DNA from: Mercenaria mercenaria
Taxonomy: Eukaryota
Length of the DNA: 64,000 nucleotides
Direction: 5' to 3'
NCBI RefSeq assembly: GCF_021730395.1
Contig: NC_069369.1
Coordinates: 15,475,210 to 15,539,209, forward strand
Numbering within the stretch: position 1 is the stretch's first letter; every line of letters starts with the position of its first letter. Shown in pieces: positions 24,671 to 34,401 of the stretch. A program made the translations under genes and the position numbers. The notes under the pieces were generated by a model that saw nothing but the letters and a program-made list of their open reading frames with translations, was not told the origin of the DNA and searched no databases.

Positions 24671-24898
24671 GAGCCATTTTGTTTATATCCCGGTGAGGAG
24701 TTGGTTGGGGCAGAGAGCTATGGTAAGGGCAGTTCAGATTACAAAGCAGCTATCAGAGCACAGCCGGTCATCCAAGCTGACCATGCCATACGACTTACTG
24801 CAGTCCTCGATCACACAGACACAGATGGTGTTAAGAGAAAGGCTGGTGATATCTGGCAGATAGAGGGACCATTGATGTACTTTCCTACACCGAATGCT
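24671..24898 (+). CDS. MVP: MVP exon 4 (EPFCLYPGEELV...IRLTAVLDHTDTDGVKRKAGDIWQIEGPLMYFPTPNA)
   Basis: Acceptor ttgcctgcag and donor GTAAGT. Matches DPFPLYPGE...LHLKALLDFEDKDG.K..AGDEW..EGP..YIP. Contains roughly 10 extra residues relative to vertebrate MVP. Confidence 0.85.
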
Positions 24899-24934
24899 GT
24901 AAGTTAGACAGACTGCTAGAACAGTCCTCATTTT

Positions 24935-25750
24935 TAGCTCATCTGATTTTTTGAAAAAAAATGATGAGTTATTGTCATCACTTGAGCGGTTGTCGGCGTC
25001 GGCGTCTGCGTCGGCGTTGCCTGGTTAAGTTTTATGTTTTGGTCAGCTTTTCTCCTAAACTATCAAAGCTATTGCTTTGAAACTTGGAATACTTGTTCAC
25101 CATCATAAGCTGACCCTGTATGGCAAGAAACATAACTCCATCTTGCTTTTTGCAAGATTTATGGCCCCTTTTGTACTTAGAAAATATCAGATTTCTTGGT
25201 TAAGTTTTATGTTTAGGTCAGCTTTTCTCTTAAACTAGCAAAGCTATTGCTTTGAAACTTGGAATACTTATTCACCATCATAAGCAGACCCTGTACATCA
25301 AGAAACATAACTCCATCTTGCTTTTTGCAAGAATTATTGCCCCTTTTGGACTTAGAAAATCAGTTTTCTTGGTTAAGTTTTATGTTTAGGTCAGCTTTTA
25401 TCCTAAACTATCAAAGCTATTGCTTTAAAACTTACAACACTTGTTCACCATCATAAGCTGACCCTGTACAGCAAGCAACATAACTTCATCCTGCTTTTTG
25501 CAATAATTATTGCCCCTTTTGGACTTAGAAAAATCATTTTCTTGGTTGAATATTATGTTTGTCAACTTTTCTCATAAACTATCAAAGCTATTTCTTTAAA
25601 ACTTGCAACAGTTTTTCACCATCATAAGTGGACACTGTACATCAAGAAACATAACTCTATCCTGCTTTTTGCAAGAATGATGGCCCTTTTTAGACTTAGA
25701 AAATCATGGGTAGGACAATATTTCTATTATACAAAAAAAATCAGATGAGC
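24935..25750. mobile_element. TIR MITE, family B (TAGCTCATCTGATTTTTT...AAAAAATCAGATGAGC) with the same subterminal (GGCGTC)n-CCTGGTTAAGTTTTATG module and a 120-bp x 5 array. Sits in MVP intron 4
   Basis: Perfect TIRs at 24935-24950 and 25735-25750. A truncated copy of the same 5' end is at 22507-22690. Confidence 0.7.
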
Positions 25751-25751
25751 G

Positions 25752-26032
25752 TCAGCACTCGCAAGGCGGTGCTCTTGTTGTATACATGGTTCCTTATATG
25801 TAGTTCACTTGCCCCTCATCGTTGTGGGTTCGAGCCTCACTTGAGGCGTTGAATTCTTCATGTGAGGAAGCCATCCAGCTGGCTTACGGAAGGTCGGTGG
25901 TTCTACCCAGGTGCCGGCTCATGATGAAATAATGCACAGAGGGGCACCTGGGGCCACCATTAATGCTGGAAAATCACCATATGACCTATCATGTGTCGGT
26001 GCGACGTTAAATCCAACCAAAAAAAAAAAAAA
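25752..26032 (+). mobile_element. tRNA-derived SINE with a poly(A) tail (family also at 57961-58226)
   Basis: GTGGGTTCGAGCCTCAC box-B-like motif, a conserved body TGAATTCTTCATGTGAGGAAGCCATCCAGCTGGCTTA, and an A14 tail at 26019-26032. Confidence 0.7.
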
Positions 26033-26430
26033 CATTTTATCTAAGTTCAGACCTAGATGTAAAATTACTTACTACATGTACATATATTCAATTTGCCAAA
26101 ATTGTTCATATAATGCACCTATACCACAGGGATTTTGCAGTGGTGTAAGGTATTGTAGAAATATGTTTAATGTATATATTAACAAACAGTAAACAAAAAC
26201 TTTTTTTTTGACCACAAATACTATAGAGCTCTGAGTCTTATAATCAAGCCTTTGAATGTAGATATGACTAAAGAAGACAACCTTTCTTAATTGTAAGCAC
26301 ATGCAAAGACTTTTTAGGACATGATTTTAGTCAGATTGGTTGGAGTGTGAAACTTTAAACAGATATGTATATCTTGCATTTACACAGATTAAGACCAGAG
26401 TAGAATTTCCTTTCTTCACTTTGTTTGCAG

Positions 26431-26522
26431 GAAATAGTACGTATAGTTGCTCCAGACATTATCAGGGCTGATCAGGCAATGAGGCTGAAGGCTTTACAGG
26501 ATTTCACTGACAAAACTGGAAG
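26431..26522 (+). CDS. MVP: MVP exon 5 (EIVRIVAPDIIRADQAMRLKALQDFTDKTGR)
   Basis: Acceptor ttgtttgcag and donor GTAAAC. Matches VEIIQATIIRQNQALRLRA...D..GK.R. Confidence 0.85.
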
Positions 26523-26699
26523 GTAAACTACAACAAAAATACCCAATAATAAGGCTTTAAGATAGTTTTTTAAGCCATTGAACTTTCTTATTCTTAAATT
26601 TAGGTGGTGATTTATAAAAATACATAGTGGTGCAACGCTTAGCATGTATTTACTTTATGGTCAAGTTGCATTTGGTGTGAATTATTAGTAAAAATTTGA

Positions 26700-26960
26700 T
26701 GATTATTATTATGAAAGTTGTATTTGCTATTAACTAGTAACTAACAAGCTAACACAACTGATTATTAATATAAGTCTATTTGCTAGAAACTTTAGTAGTT
26801 TCCAAGTTCACTAGATCGATTACTAGAATGAAAGTTTTCTTTGTAAATATTTAGTAACTTCCCAGCTAACTAAGTGGATTATTAGTATGTAAGTTCTCTT
26901 TGCTAGTAAATAGTAACTTCCCAACTAGTTAGACTGAGTATTAGTATGGAAGCTCTATTT
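26700..26960. repeat. tandem repeat, about 55 bp x 5
   Basis: Recurring TTTGCTAGTAA(A/C)TAGTAACTTCCCA(G/A)CTA(A/G)TTAG-like units. Confidence 0.5.
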
Positions 26961-27169
26961 GCAAGTAACTGTATTCCTGTATTGCTGCTATTCATAATCC
27001 AGGAACACAGGGCAGGTTATGCTCACTGCCAATATCTGCGGGGAACAAGCTTGTTTTGGGACAAAATCCGTGCCATTTTAGGAACAGAATACTGGTTAAC
27101 TGATTATATTTGCTGGAAGCAACTTACAGTATTTACTGGGAACAAGTCAGTTATGATACAAAATCAAAG

Positions 27170-27770
27170 GTAACTGACCATATTTGCTGGGAACATGTCA
27201 GTTTTGGTACAAAATTCAGGTCATATTTGCTGGTAACATGTCAGTTTTGGTACAGAATCAAAGGTAACTGACCATATTTGCTGGGAACATGTCAGTTTTG
27301 GTACAAAATTCAGGTCATATTTGCTGGTAACATGTCAGTTTTGGTACAGAATTCAGGTTAACTGACCATATTTGCTGGGAACATGTCAGTTTTGGTACAG
27401 AATCAAAGGTAACTGACCATATTTGCTGGGAACATGTCAGTTTTGGTACAAAATTCAGGTTAACTGACTATATTTGCTGGGAACATGTCAGTTTTGGTAC
27501 AGAATCAAAGGTAACTGACCATATAAATTTTGCTGGGAACATGTCAGTTTTGGTACAGAATTCAGGTTAACTGACCATATTTGCTGCGAACATGTCAGTT
27601 TTGGTACAGTACCAAAGGTAACTGACCATATTTGCTGGGAACATGTCAGTTTTGGTACAGAATTCAGGTTAACTGACCATATTTGCTGCGAACATGTCAG
27701 TTTTGGTACAGAATTCAGGTTTACTGACTTATTTGTTGGGAACAATTTAGTACTGATACATTTCTTGACC
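27170..27770. repeat. tandem repeat, about 60 bp x 10, in MVP intron 5
   Basis: Unit AGGTAACTGACCATATTTGCTGGGAACATGTCAGTTTTGGTACA(A/G)AAT(T)CA. Produces the spurious 104-aa ORF 27488..27802. Confidence 0.85.
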
Positions 27771-27833
27771 ACTAGGTACTGTAAAAATTGTTTCAAAACC
27801 ATATAAAGCAGTAAGCCAAATCTACATTTCTAG

Positions 27834-27998
27834 GAAGCGTGTTACAGGTGAAGAGTGGTATGTGAATAAGCCAGGGGCATATCTCACTGGAGTTAATGAA
27901 GAAGTTGTCTCTTTGGAAGAAAGAAGAACTCTGACATTGGACACAGGTCTCAAGCTGAGAGCTTCACAAACTTTCACAGATGATAATGGAGTAAAAAG
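27834..27998 (+). CDS. MVP: MVP exon 6 (KRVTGEEWYVNKPGAYLTGVNEEVVSLEERRTLTLDTGLKLRASQTFTDDNGVKR)
   Basis: Acceptor catttctag and donor GTAACA. Matches ERVTGEEWLV...GAYLP.V.EEV. Confidence 0.9.
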
Positions 27999-28530
27999 GT
28001 AACATTGCAGAGACAGTTCAGCAAGGGTTGGTTTAGAGTGGGTTCATGATTTAAGGAGATGCTTGCAAAGTTTTAAACAGCATTTAATTTTGCCTCTTTG
28101 GGTTTTGGTTGAGAGTATTTTTGGAGCTAAAGATGGGCTTATAAAGACCTCTTGTAGTAAATATTGTCAGATTCTGTCTAATGACTCTAATCTATTTTCT
28201 GGCTACTTCAAGAGTAGCTTAACATCAACTGATGCTAGACAGCAAACAGGTAACCTGGTTTTACGTGTATTTCAAAATTACCCCAAATGAAAACAACACT
28301 GTCAGAATATGGGACTACTGGTACTGAGCAGTTACTGAGAGTAATTGATTTAAGTCGAGAGAAGTTACTCTGAAAGTAGTGTTAAATTGTACAAAATAAG
28401 CTGAATATGAAACTAGAGAGTACAATAAATACAGTAAAATCTGGTAACAGCTGAAATTGGAGCAAAACTTGGACTTCAGGTTACACAGAAGATAAGCATA
28501 GTGTTTAAACCATATATAAATATTTTACAG

Positions 28531-28597
28531 ACTGGCAGGAGAGCAGTGGTTATTGACAGGGGAGGAACAAGACGAATATTACCCACAGATTGGTGTA
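28531..28597 (+). CDS. MVP: MVP exon 7 (R)LAGEQWLLTGEEQDEYYPQIGV
   Basis: Acceptor tattttacag and donor GTAAGT. Matches RRTGEEWLVT. Confidence 0.85.
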
Positions 28598-29321
28598 GTA
28601 AGTTAATAAGCTCTTTTGTTTGATACAGAACTTTCTGGTTCATTCATTTTGACCTTGCATGTAGTTGCATAATTATTTTGTAGGTCCTGTCATTAAAAAT
28701 AAAATTGGTGGCTGGGACATATAATGTTACCCCTGTCCCTTCGTTTGGTCTTTAATTTTTTATATGAATGGACAGATATTCAAGGTACTTGGCACAGACA
28801 TTCACCATAACTTTTATGTAAAACCTACTCCCTTAAAGGTCAAGGTCACACTTATTGATCAAAGATTTTTCTCCGTTCTATCTTGTCCAGTCTGCTCAGA
28901 TCTATCTTGTCCGGTCTGTAACTTCTGTATTTCAGTCTGTAACTTCTATTTTTGTATACATAGATATATATTCAGATAAATTGGCACAGAATTTATCATA
29001 TTAAACAAGACATGTCTCAGGTATAAGAATTAGACTCTAAGCTCATAGATCGAGGTCACACTAAAGGTCAAAATTTTGTGTCATTTTTCTTTTCGGTCAA
29101 TAACTTCTATTATTATGCTTAGAAGGATGATGAAACAACTTTTTGCAAACTTTCACCATAACTAAACCATGTGTCCTATACAAGACCCAGACCCATAGTT
29201 TTGAGGTCAAGGTTACATTTAGAATTTTTTAAGGTCATTTTTCTTTTCTCGTCCATAACTACAAGTGTTCTATTGTCAGTTTGATGCTGTAGTAACACAG
29301 ACAAAATGATTGCATTTGATT

Positions 29322-30884
29322 TTTAGCTCACCTGTCACATAGTGACAAGGTGAGCTTTTGTGATCACCCTTCGTCCGTCGTTTGTGCGTCAACAATTTCG
29401 TGTCTGCACGATAGTGGTTTCGTTTATGATTTTATTTTAACCAAACTTGCACACAACTTGTATCACCATAAGATCTCGGTTCCTTTCTTGAACTGGCTAG
29501 ATCCCATTATGGGTTCCAGAGTTATGGTCCCTGAAAGGGCCAAAATTAGCTATTTTGATCTTGTCTGCACAATAGCAGCTTTATTTAGACTTGATTGGTA
29601 CCAAATTGGCACACAACTTGTATCACCATAAGATCTTGGTTCCTTTATTGAACTGGCCAGATTCCATTATAGGTTCCAGAGTTATGGCCCCTGAAAAGGC
29701 CAAAATTAGCTATTTTGACCTTGTCTGCACAATAGCAGCTTCATTTATGATTTTATTTTAACCAAACTTGCACACAACTTGTATCACCATAAGATCTTGG
29801 TTCCTTTCTTGAACTGGCGAGATTCCAGTATTGGTTCCAGAGTTATGACCCCTGAAAGGGTCAGAATTAGCTATTTTGACCTTGTCTGCACAATAGCAGA
29901 TTCATTTATGATTTGAATTTAATCAAACTTGCACAAAACTTGTGTCACCATAAGATCTTGGTTCTTTTGTTGAACTGGCCAGATCCCATAATGGGTTCCA
30001 GAGTTATGGCCCATGAAAGGGCCAAAATTAGCTATTTTGACCTTGTCTGCACAATAGCAGCTTCATTTATGACTTGATTTTAACCAAACTTGCACACAAC
30101 TTGTATCACCACAAGATCTTGCTTCCTTTGTTGAACTGACCAGATTCCACCATGGGTTCCAGAGTTATGGCCCCTGAAAGGTCCAGAATTGGCTATTTTG
30201 GCTTTTGCAGCCATATAGAGACTTCATTTATGGTTTTATTTGATACAAACTTCCAAAATATCTTCAACAACAATAAATCTTGGATTCCATGACAAATCAG
30301 ATCCAATCATAGGTTCCAGAGTTATTTTATATCTGATTACCTCCCCTGATTGTAATCAAAATAGATTTATATCAGTAAGTACTTATAGGACTTATTTGAA
30401 ATTTCATTATTGTCATTAGTTGGACTGAGCCAATCAGGGTAGATAACTATGGACTGATTTTATGTCAAATTACCACCCTTTATTTCAAATTAAAATGGGT
30501 ATATCTCCGTAACTAAAGAAGATACTGATCTGAAATTTCATTTATGTCAACAGATTTATTTGGCAGATCCTTCTTTTGTTCACTTACAATAAAAATTTTT
30601 TTTAATTACTTCCCTTTTACATTACTATAAATAGCTTATTTTTAGTAACTTTTTTATTATTGGCCATAGGGAAAAACCGAGACCACTTTTCTGTGGTACA
30701 ATATGGATGGTACCTCCAATTTTTAGGTGTATTTTGACATATCTGTATTTTTTTTTCTTTTTGGTTAAATTTCTTCCCTTTGTTGTTACTGTCCTTTGGA
30801 TTTAGATATTTTTTCTGAGGACCTTCTTGTCCTCAAGTGCAATGATAACAGGTGAGCGATATAGGGCCATCATGGCCCTCTTGT
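29322..30884 (+). mobile_element. hairpin-headed tandem-repeat element, family C (5' TTTTAGCTCACCTGTCACATAGTGACAAGGTGAGC then CGTCCGTCG; 3' GGTGAGCGATATAGGGCCATCATGGCCCTCTTGT). Internal array about 160 bp x 5. Sits in MVP intron 7
   Basis: A 32-bp perfect palindrome at the 5' terminus. The conserved 3' terminus is at 30850-30884. Confidence 0.7.
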
Positions 30885-31149
30885 TCCATTTTAACTTCTA
30901 TTGATGCCACTCAGTGGATTTTCTTTTTCTATATGAATAATCAGATTGTCAGGGAACACAAAACTTATTTCATAGTGAATTGTCTACTTTTGATAGCAAG
31001 GTGCTTTTGACTCAAAATTGATTGATTAGAGACATTAGCTTAGAAGCGTAAAACATTCAGGCACCTATACTTTTTCTCAAAGTAATCTTAGAATATATGT
31101 CAGGCCACAAGAACCTATAAATTACTTTATGGACATTTTAACAGCATAC

Positions 31150-31600
31150 ATAGAGGATAATTGTTGGTTTCGGTGTAATATCACGTTATAATTTCACCGA
31201 GTGGGCACCAGAAGTGATATTTTCACGAGTGGCGCAGCCACGAGTGAAAATAACAACTTTTGGTGTTCACGAGTGAAATTACCGTGATATTACATCGATA
31301 CCAACAATTTTTCTTTTTTATTTTATGTCTAAAATTCTACTTTTGTTGTGTTTATTTCAATAAAATGTCAAATTTGCGGGAAATTTTATCAGGAAGCATC
31401 GCAAAGATGACGTCATTTTAACGACGTCATCGTCATATTGTTTCCGGCTTTCAGTACGCTCGGTAAACTTTTTGACATTAATCCGGGTATCAGATTTGAT
31501 AATTTTCACTGAGTGGCCAGTGAGTTTATCAGGATATAATTCACCGTTATATTTCGATAAACCACCGAAAAACATAAAATAAAATGTCATATTTCATACT
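31150..31600. repeat. composite palindromic TE-like segment. TIRs GGTTTCGGTGTAATATCACG/CGTGATATTACATCGATACCAACA (31155-31310), followed by a perfect 26-bp palindrome GATGACGTCATTTTAACGACGTCATC containing two TGACGTCA (CRE) octamers
   Basis: Inverted repeats seen directly. CRE palindrome at about 31398-31432. Confidence 0.5.
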
Positions 31601-31784
31601 ACTGGGTAGTTGTGGTTATAATCTTGCATGTAGCAGGAACTGAAGTTACAAGTTGAGATGTGGTTCATACATGTCAGTAACTTCTAAGATATTTATGAAT
31701 AAAAAACTGAAATATTTGGGGAGAGGGGCAGTAGATACAGAAATGTGGTGTATTGTTTTTAACATTATACTACCTGTACTGTAG

Positions 31785-31926
31785 GAAGTTGTGTCAGTCG
31801 AGAAGCGGGTTGTCTTGGCACAGGGTCAGTATTGTGTTGTACTTGACCCAGTGGACACAGACTTCAAGCCCCAGCTGGGCAAGCGTGAACTCAGGAAGGG
31901 CTGTTGCTCCTTTTTTCTACATCCAG
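31785..31926 (+). CDS. MVP: MVP exon 8 (EVVSVEKRVVLAQGQYCVVLDPVDTDFKPQLGKRELRKGCCSFFLHPG)
   Basis: Acceptor ctgtactgtag and donor GTTTGT. Matches EVLGVVPI..LGP..YCVILDPV...G.[21 protein letters not shown]. Confidence 0.88.
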
Positions 31927-32480
31927 GTTTGTCAGAACTCATACTATGTTATTTTATCATGTAGCATTTAGAATTTATTTAAAAAGAATCCCCATTTAAA
32001 TGCATTGCAACAGCTTCAAACTTCAAGGTAAAAGTTTTGAGAGTATAATTATCAGCTCATGGATTTTTCAATTAAAAAAGACTCTCTGAACAAAAACTGT
32101 ATTTCCTTTGTTAGGTGTAAGACGAGTATAAAATGCAGCAGGATGATGTAAAAATTCAAAGCAGCTCATCATGCAGGACAACTTGCTTTCAAAGAATTTG
32201 TCAAGTCATTCTGACCATTAAATGCAGAAGATGCATTTGGGAATAAAAAACAGCGGCTACTGTTCGTATAAAGCAGGTGGCCTTTTAATGCAGTAACATT
32301 AAAAAGGAAATTTGTCAGTGGGAATTCAAAGTGACTGTCAATAGTAGGTGACTGCTTAAGAAAGATGCCAGTTCCACTGTACCAGTTCACAGGTACACTA
32401 TTTTAAAAATAGGACAAGACAAATCACCGTACCAGTTCAAAAGTATTCTGCTAAATGTAGATAAAATCACTATATTACAG

Positions 32481-32582
32481 GTGAGCGACTAGAACAGGGT
32501 ATACAGAACAGTTTTGTTCTCTCAGAAGATGAGGCTATTGTTTTGTTGGCCACAGAGGCATTTAAAGACACAACCCAGAAGG
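32481..32582 (+). CDS. MVP: MVP exon 9 (G)ERLEQGIQNSFVLSEDEAIVLLATEAFKDTTQK(G)
   Basis: Acceptor tatattacag and donor GTAAGC. Matches EQLEQGIQDVYVLSE..GLLLRAL. Ends in phase 1. Confidence 0.85.
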
Positions 32583-33262
32583 GTAAGCTTATTTCATACT
32601 AACTTACTAAGTGTTGTCTGGTACCTGCAGTTGAATTCTGACATTTCACTGCATCCATCTACCATTGGTTAAAGCCTTCATGTGAATATACTTTGACAAT
32701 TTGCAACAGGAACAATTGTCTAAGTTCTGCTGGCAGAAATTCTACAATCATTGGTTTTACTGCGAATATCAAGCAAATTAGTATCAAATCAGTCGCAATG
32801 TTCATTGCTAGCAGCAAACATCCCTGCATATAGATATGTTTGAGGCATGTTCTCATCTTTTGACCATTTCATAAGATGAACAAGATCTTTTCAGGAAATA
32901 TTTGTTTCCCCAGAGAGTTTTTACAATCTCACATTTATAGTCCAACTGCATATGCTATGATGAAACAATAAACTGGGATAGTATTCCAATTCCTCTGAAT
33001 TACAAGAACATTCCAGAATGCCTGGTTGACCATTCTTGTTTACATACATCACACATTTTGTAGTGTCATGCAAGCAGATTGTCTTACTACTTTTGTTAAT
33101 GCTTTTAAAAAGTTTCAGTAATTAAAAGTCCTGCCATTGCTGTCTTAACTGTATTTAGATATATATATATTGATAATGCACTTGCAAAAATTAATTTTAA
33201 ACTTGAAATGTTGTGTATGTGTTTAAGGGGAAAAAGAAAGAACAAGTTCTGGTTATTTGCAG

Positions 33263-33356
33263 GCAAGAAGGTTTTACGTAAATGTGGTGAAAAATGGATG
33301 ATCAATGGACCAGTTGAGTATATTCCCCCCATTGAAGTGAATGTTATAGACAAAAG
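33263..33356 (+). CDS. MVP: MVP exon 10 (G)KKVLRKCGEKWMINGPVEYIPPIEVNVIDKR
   Basis: Acceptor ttatttgcag and donor GTAATT. Matches [26 protein letters not shown]. Confidence 0.88.
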
Positions 33357-33479
33357 GTAATTGATTCATGCTCAAACTAACTTTCAAATGCTGATGAAGT
33401 AGTTGGAGTGTTGTTGGCAGAATGCTTCTTAGGTTAAGAGTGTGATTTCTATCTTGGGACTCTGGTTCTAAGATTCCTG

Positions 33480-33860
33480 CTCTAGGAGTCAAAGGTGTGT
33501 GGTTTGCAGATTCCTCAGACTCTTAGAGATGTGGTTAGTTAAATCTTTTTGGATTTTTGGGATGTGGTTAGTTAAATCTTTCTGGATTCTTTGGGATGTG
33601 GTCAGAAGAATCCTTTCATTTCTGCTCACATATGCTTATGTTATGTTGTTAGTAGAATCCTGCTCTTAGTGTTGTAGAATATGGAAAGTAAAAGCCATGG
33701 ACTTTTAGGAATGCAGTAAGTAAACCATGAGACTCAGTACTTTAGTATGTTATTAGTAGTATCTTTCTCTTGGATTCATATGAGTGTGGTTAGTAAAATC
33801 TACCTTAGATTCTTAGGGAGTATGGCTATTATAATCCAGCTTTGATTCTGAAGAAGCATG
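33480..33860. repeat. degenerate minisatellite of about 45 bp in MVP intron 10
   Basis: Recurring TTAGAGATGTGGTTAGTTAAATCTTTTTGGATT-like units. Confidence 0.5.
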
Positions 33861-34303
33861 ACCAGTAGCATTCAGCTTGGAATCTTAATTACAAGTATAT
33901 TTACATAGTTGTGCACATTATGGTCCATTTCTTAGAGTGCAGTGAAATACCTCTTACTTGAGCATCAATGGCTTGAGCACCCAGGCCCACCAAGCAGCTA
34001 ATATTGCACCAGCTATTTTCTTTGTAACTGTCTTTTATGCTTGGATTGCCTGAGACCCCTGGATAACTGGAGCATTCTGCTCATCATCTTGCAACCTCAG
34101 GCAGATAGTGTTTACCTTACATTAGTTTATAAATTAGCAATTGCTTGATAGTTGATTTAACAAGGCATGTGTAGAATCACAATTATAGCTTCAAAAATAT
34201 GGAAAAAATATGCAGTACGTACTGCTGTTATTTTAAATAATATTTTCTTTTGCATAATGTTTCTGGTATTAAAATTAAAACAGAATACATTTACTGTTTC
34301 TAG

Positions 34304-34364
34304 GAAGCAGATACCAATGAGCAAGAATGAAGGAATTTATGTACAGGATACACAGACTGGCAGG
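34304..34364 (+). CDS. MVP: MVP exon 11 (R)KQIPMSKNEGIYVQDTQTGR
   Basis: Acceptor ctgtttctag and donor GTAACA. Matches the highly conserved ENEGIYVQDVKTGKV. Confidence 0.9.
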
Positions 34365-34401
34365 GTAACATGTATTTTCTTATTACCATTTTAACTGACT
34401 T

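Noticed and set aside
24713-24760. Possible extra intron inside MVP exon 4 (TATG|GTAAGG...GCACAG|CC)
   Set aside because: The candidate intron would be only 41 nt, which is not a multiple of 3 and is below the minimal intron size. Retaining it keeps the frame open.
27488-27802. 104-aa ORF (minus) with the internal repeat NLNSVPKLTCSQQIWSV
   Set aside because: It lies entirely within a 60-bp x 10 tandem array in MVP intron 5. The periodic peptide is an artefact of the repeat.
32478-32486. ACAG|GTGAGC at the start of MVP exon 9 looks like a consensus 5' splice site rather than an acceptor
   Set aside because: Using it as an acceptor is required for frame continuity (G-ERLEQGIQ matches MVP GEQLEQGIQ). 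It is noted only as a potential cryptic donor.
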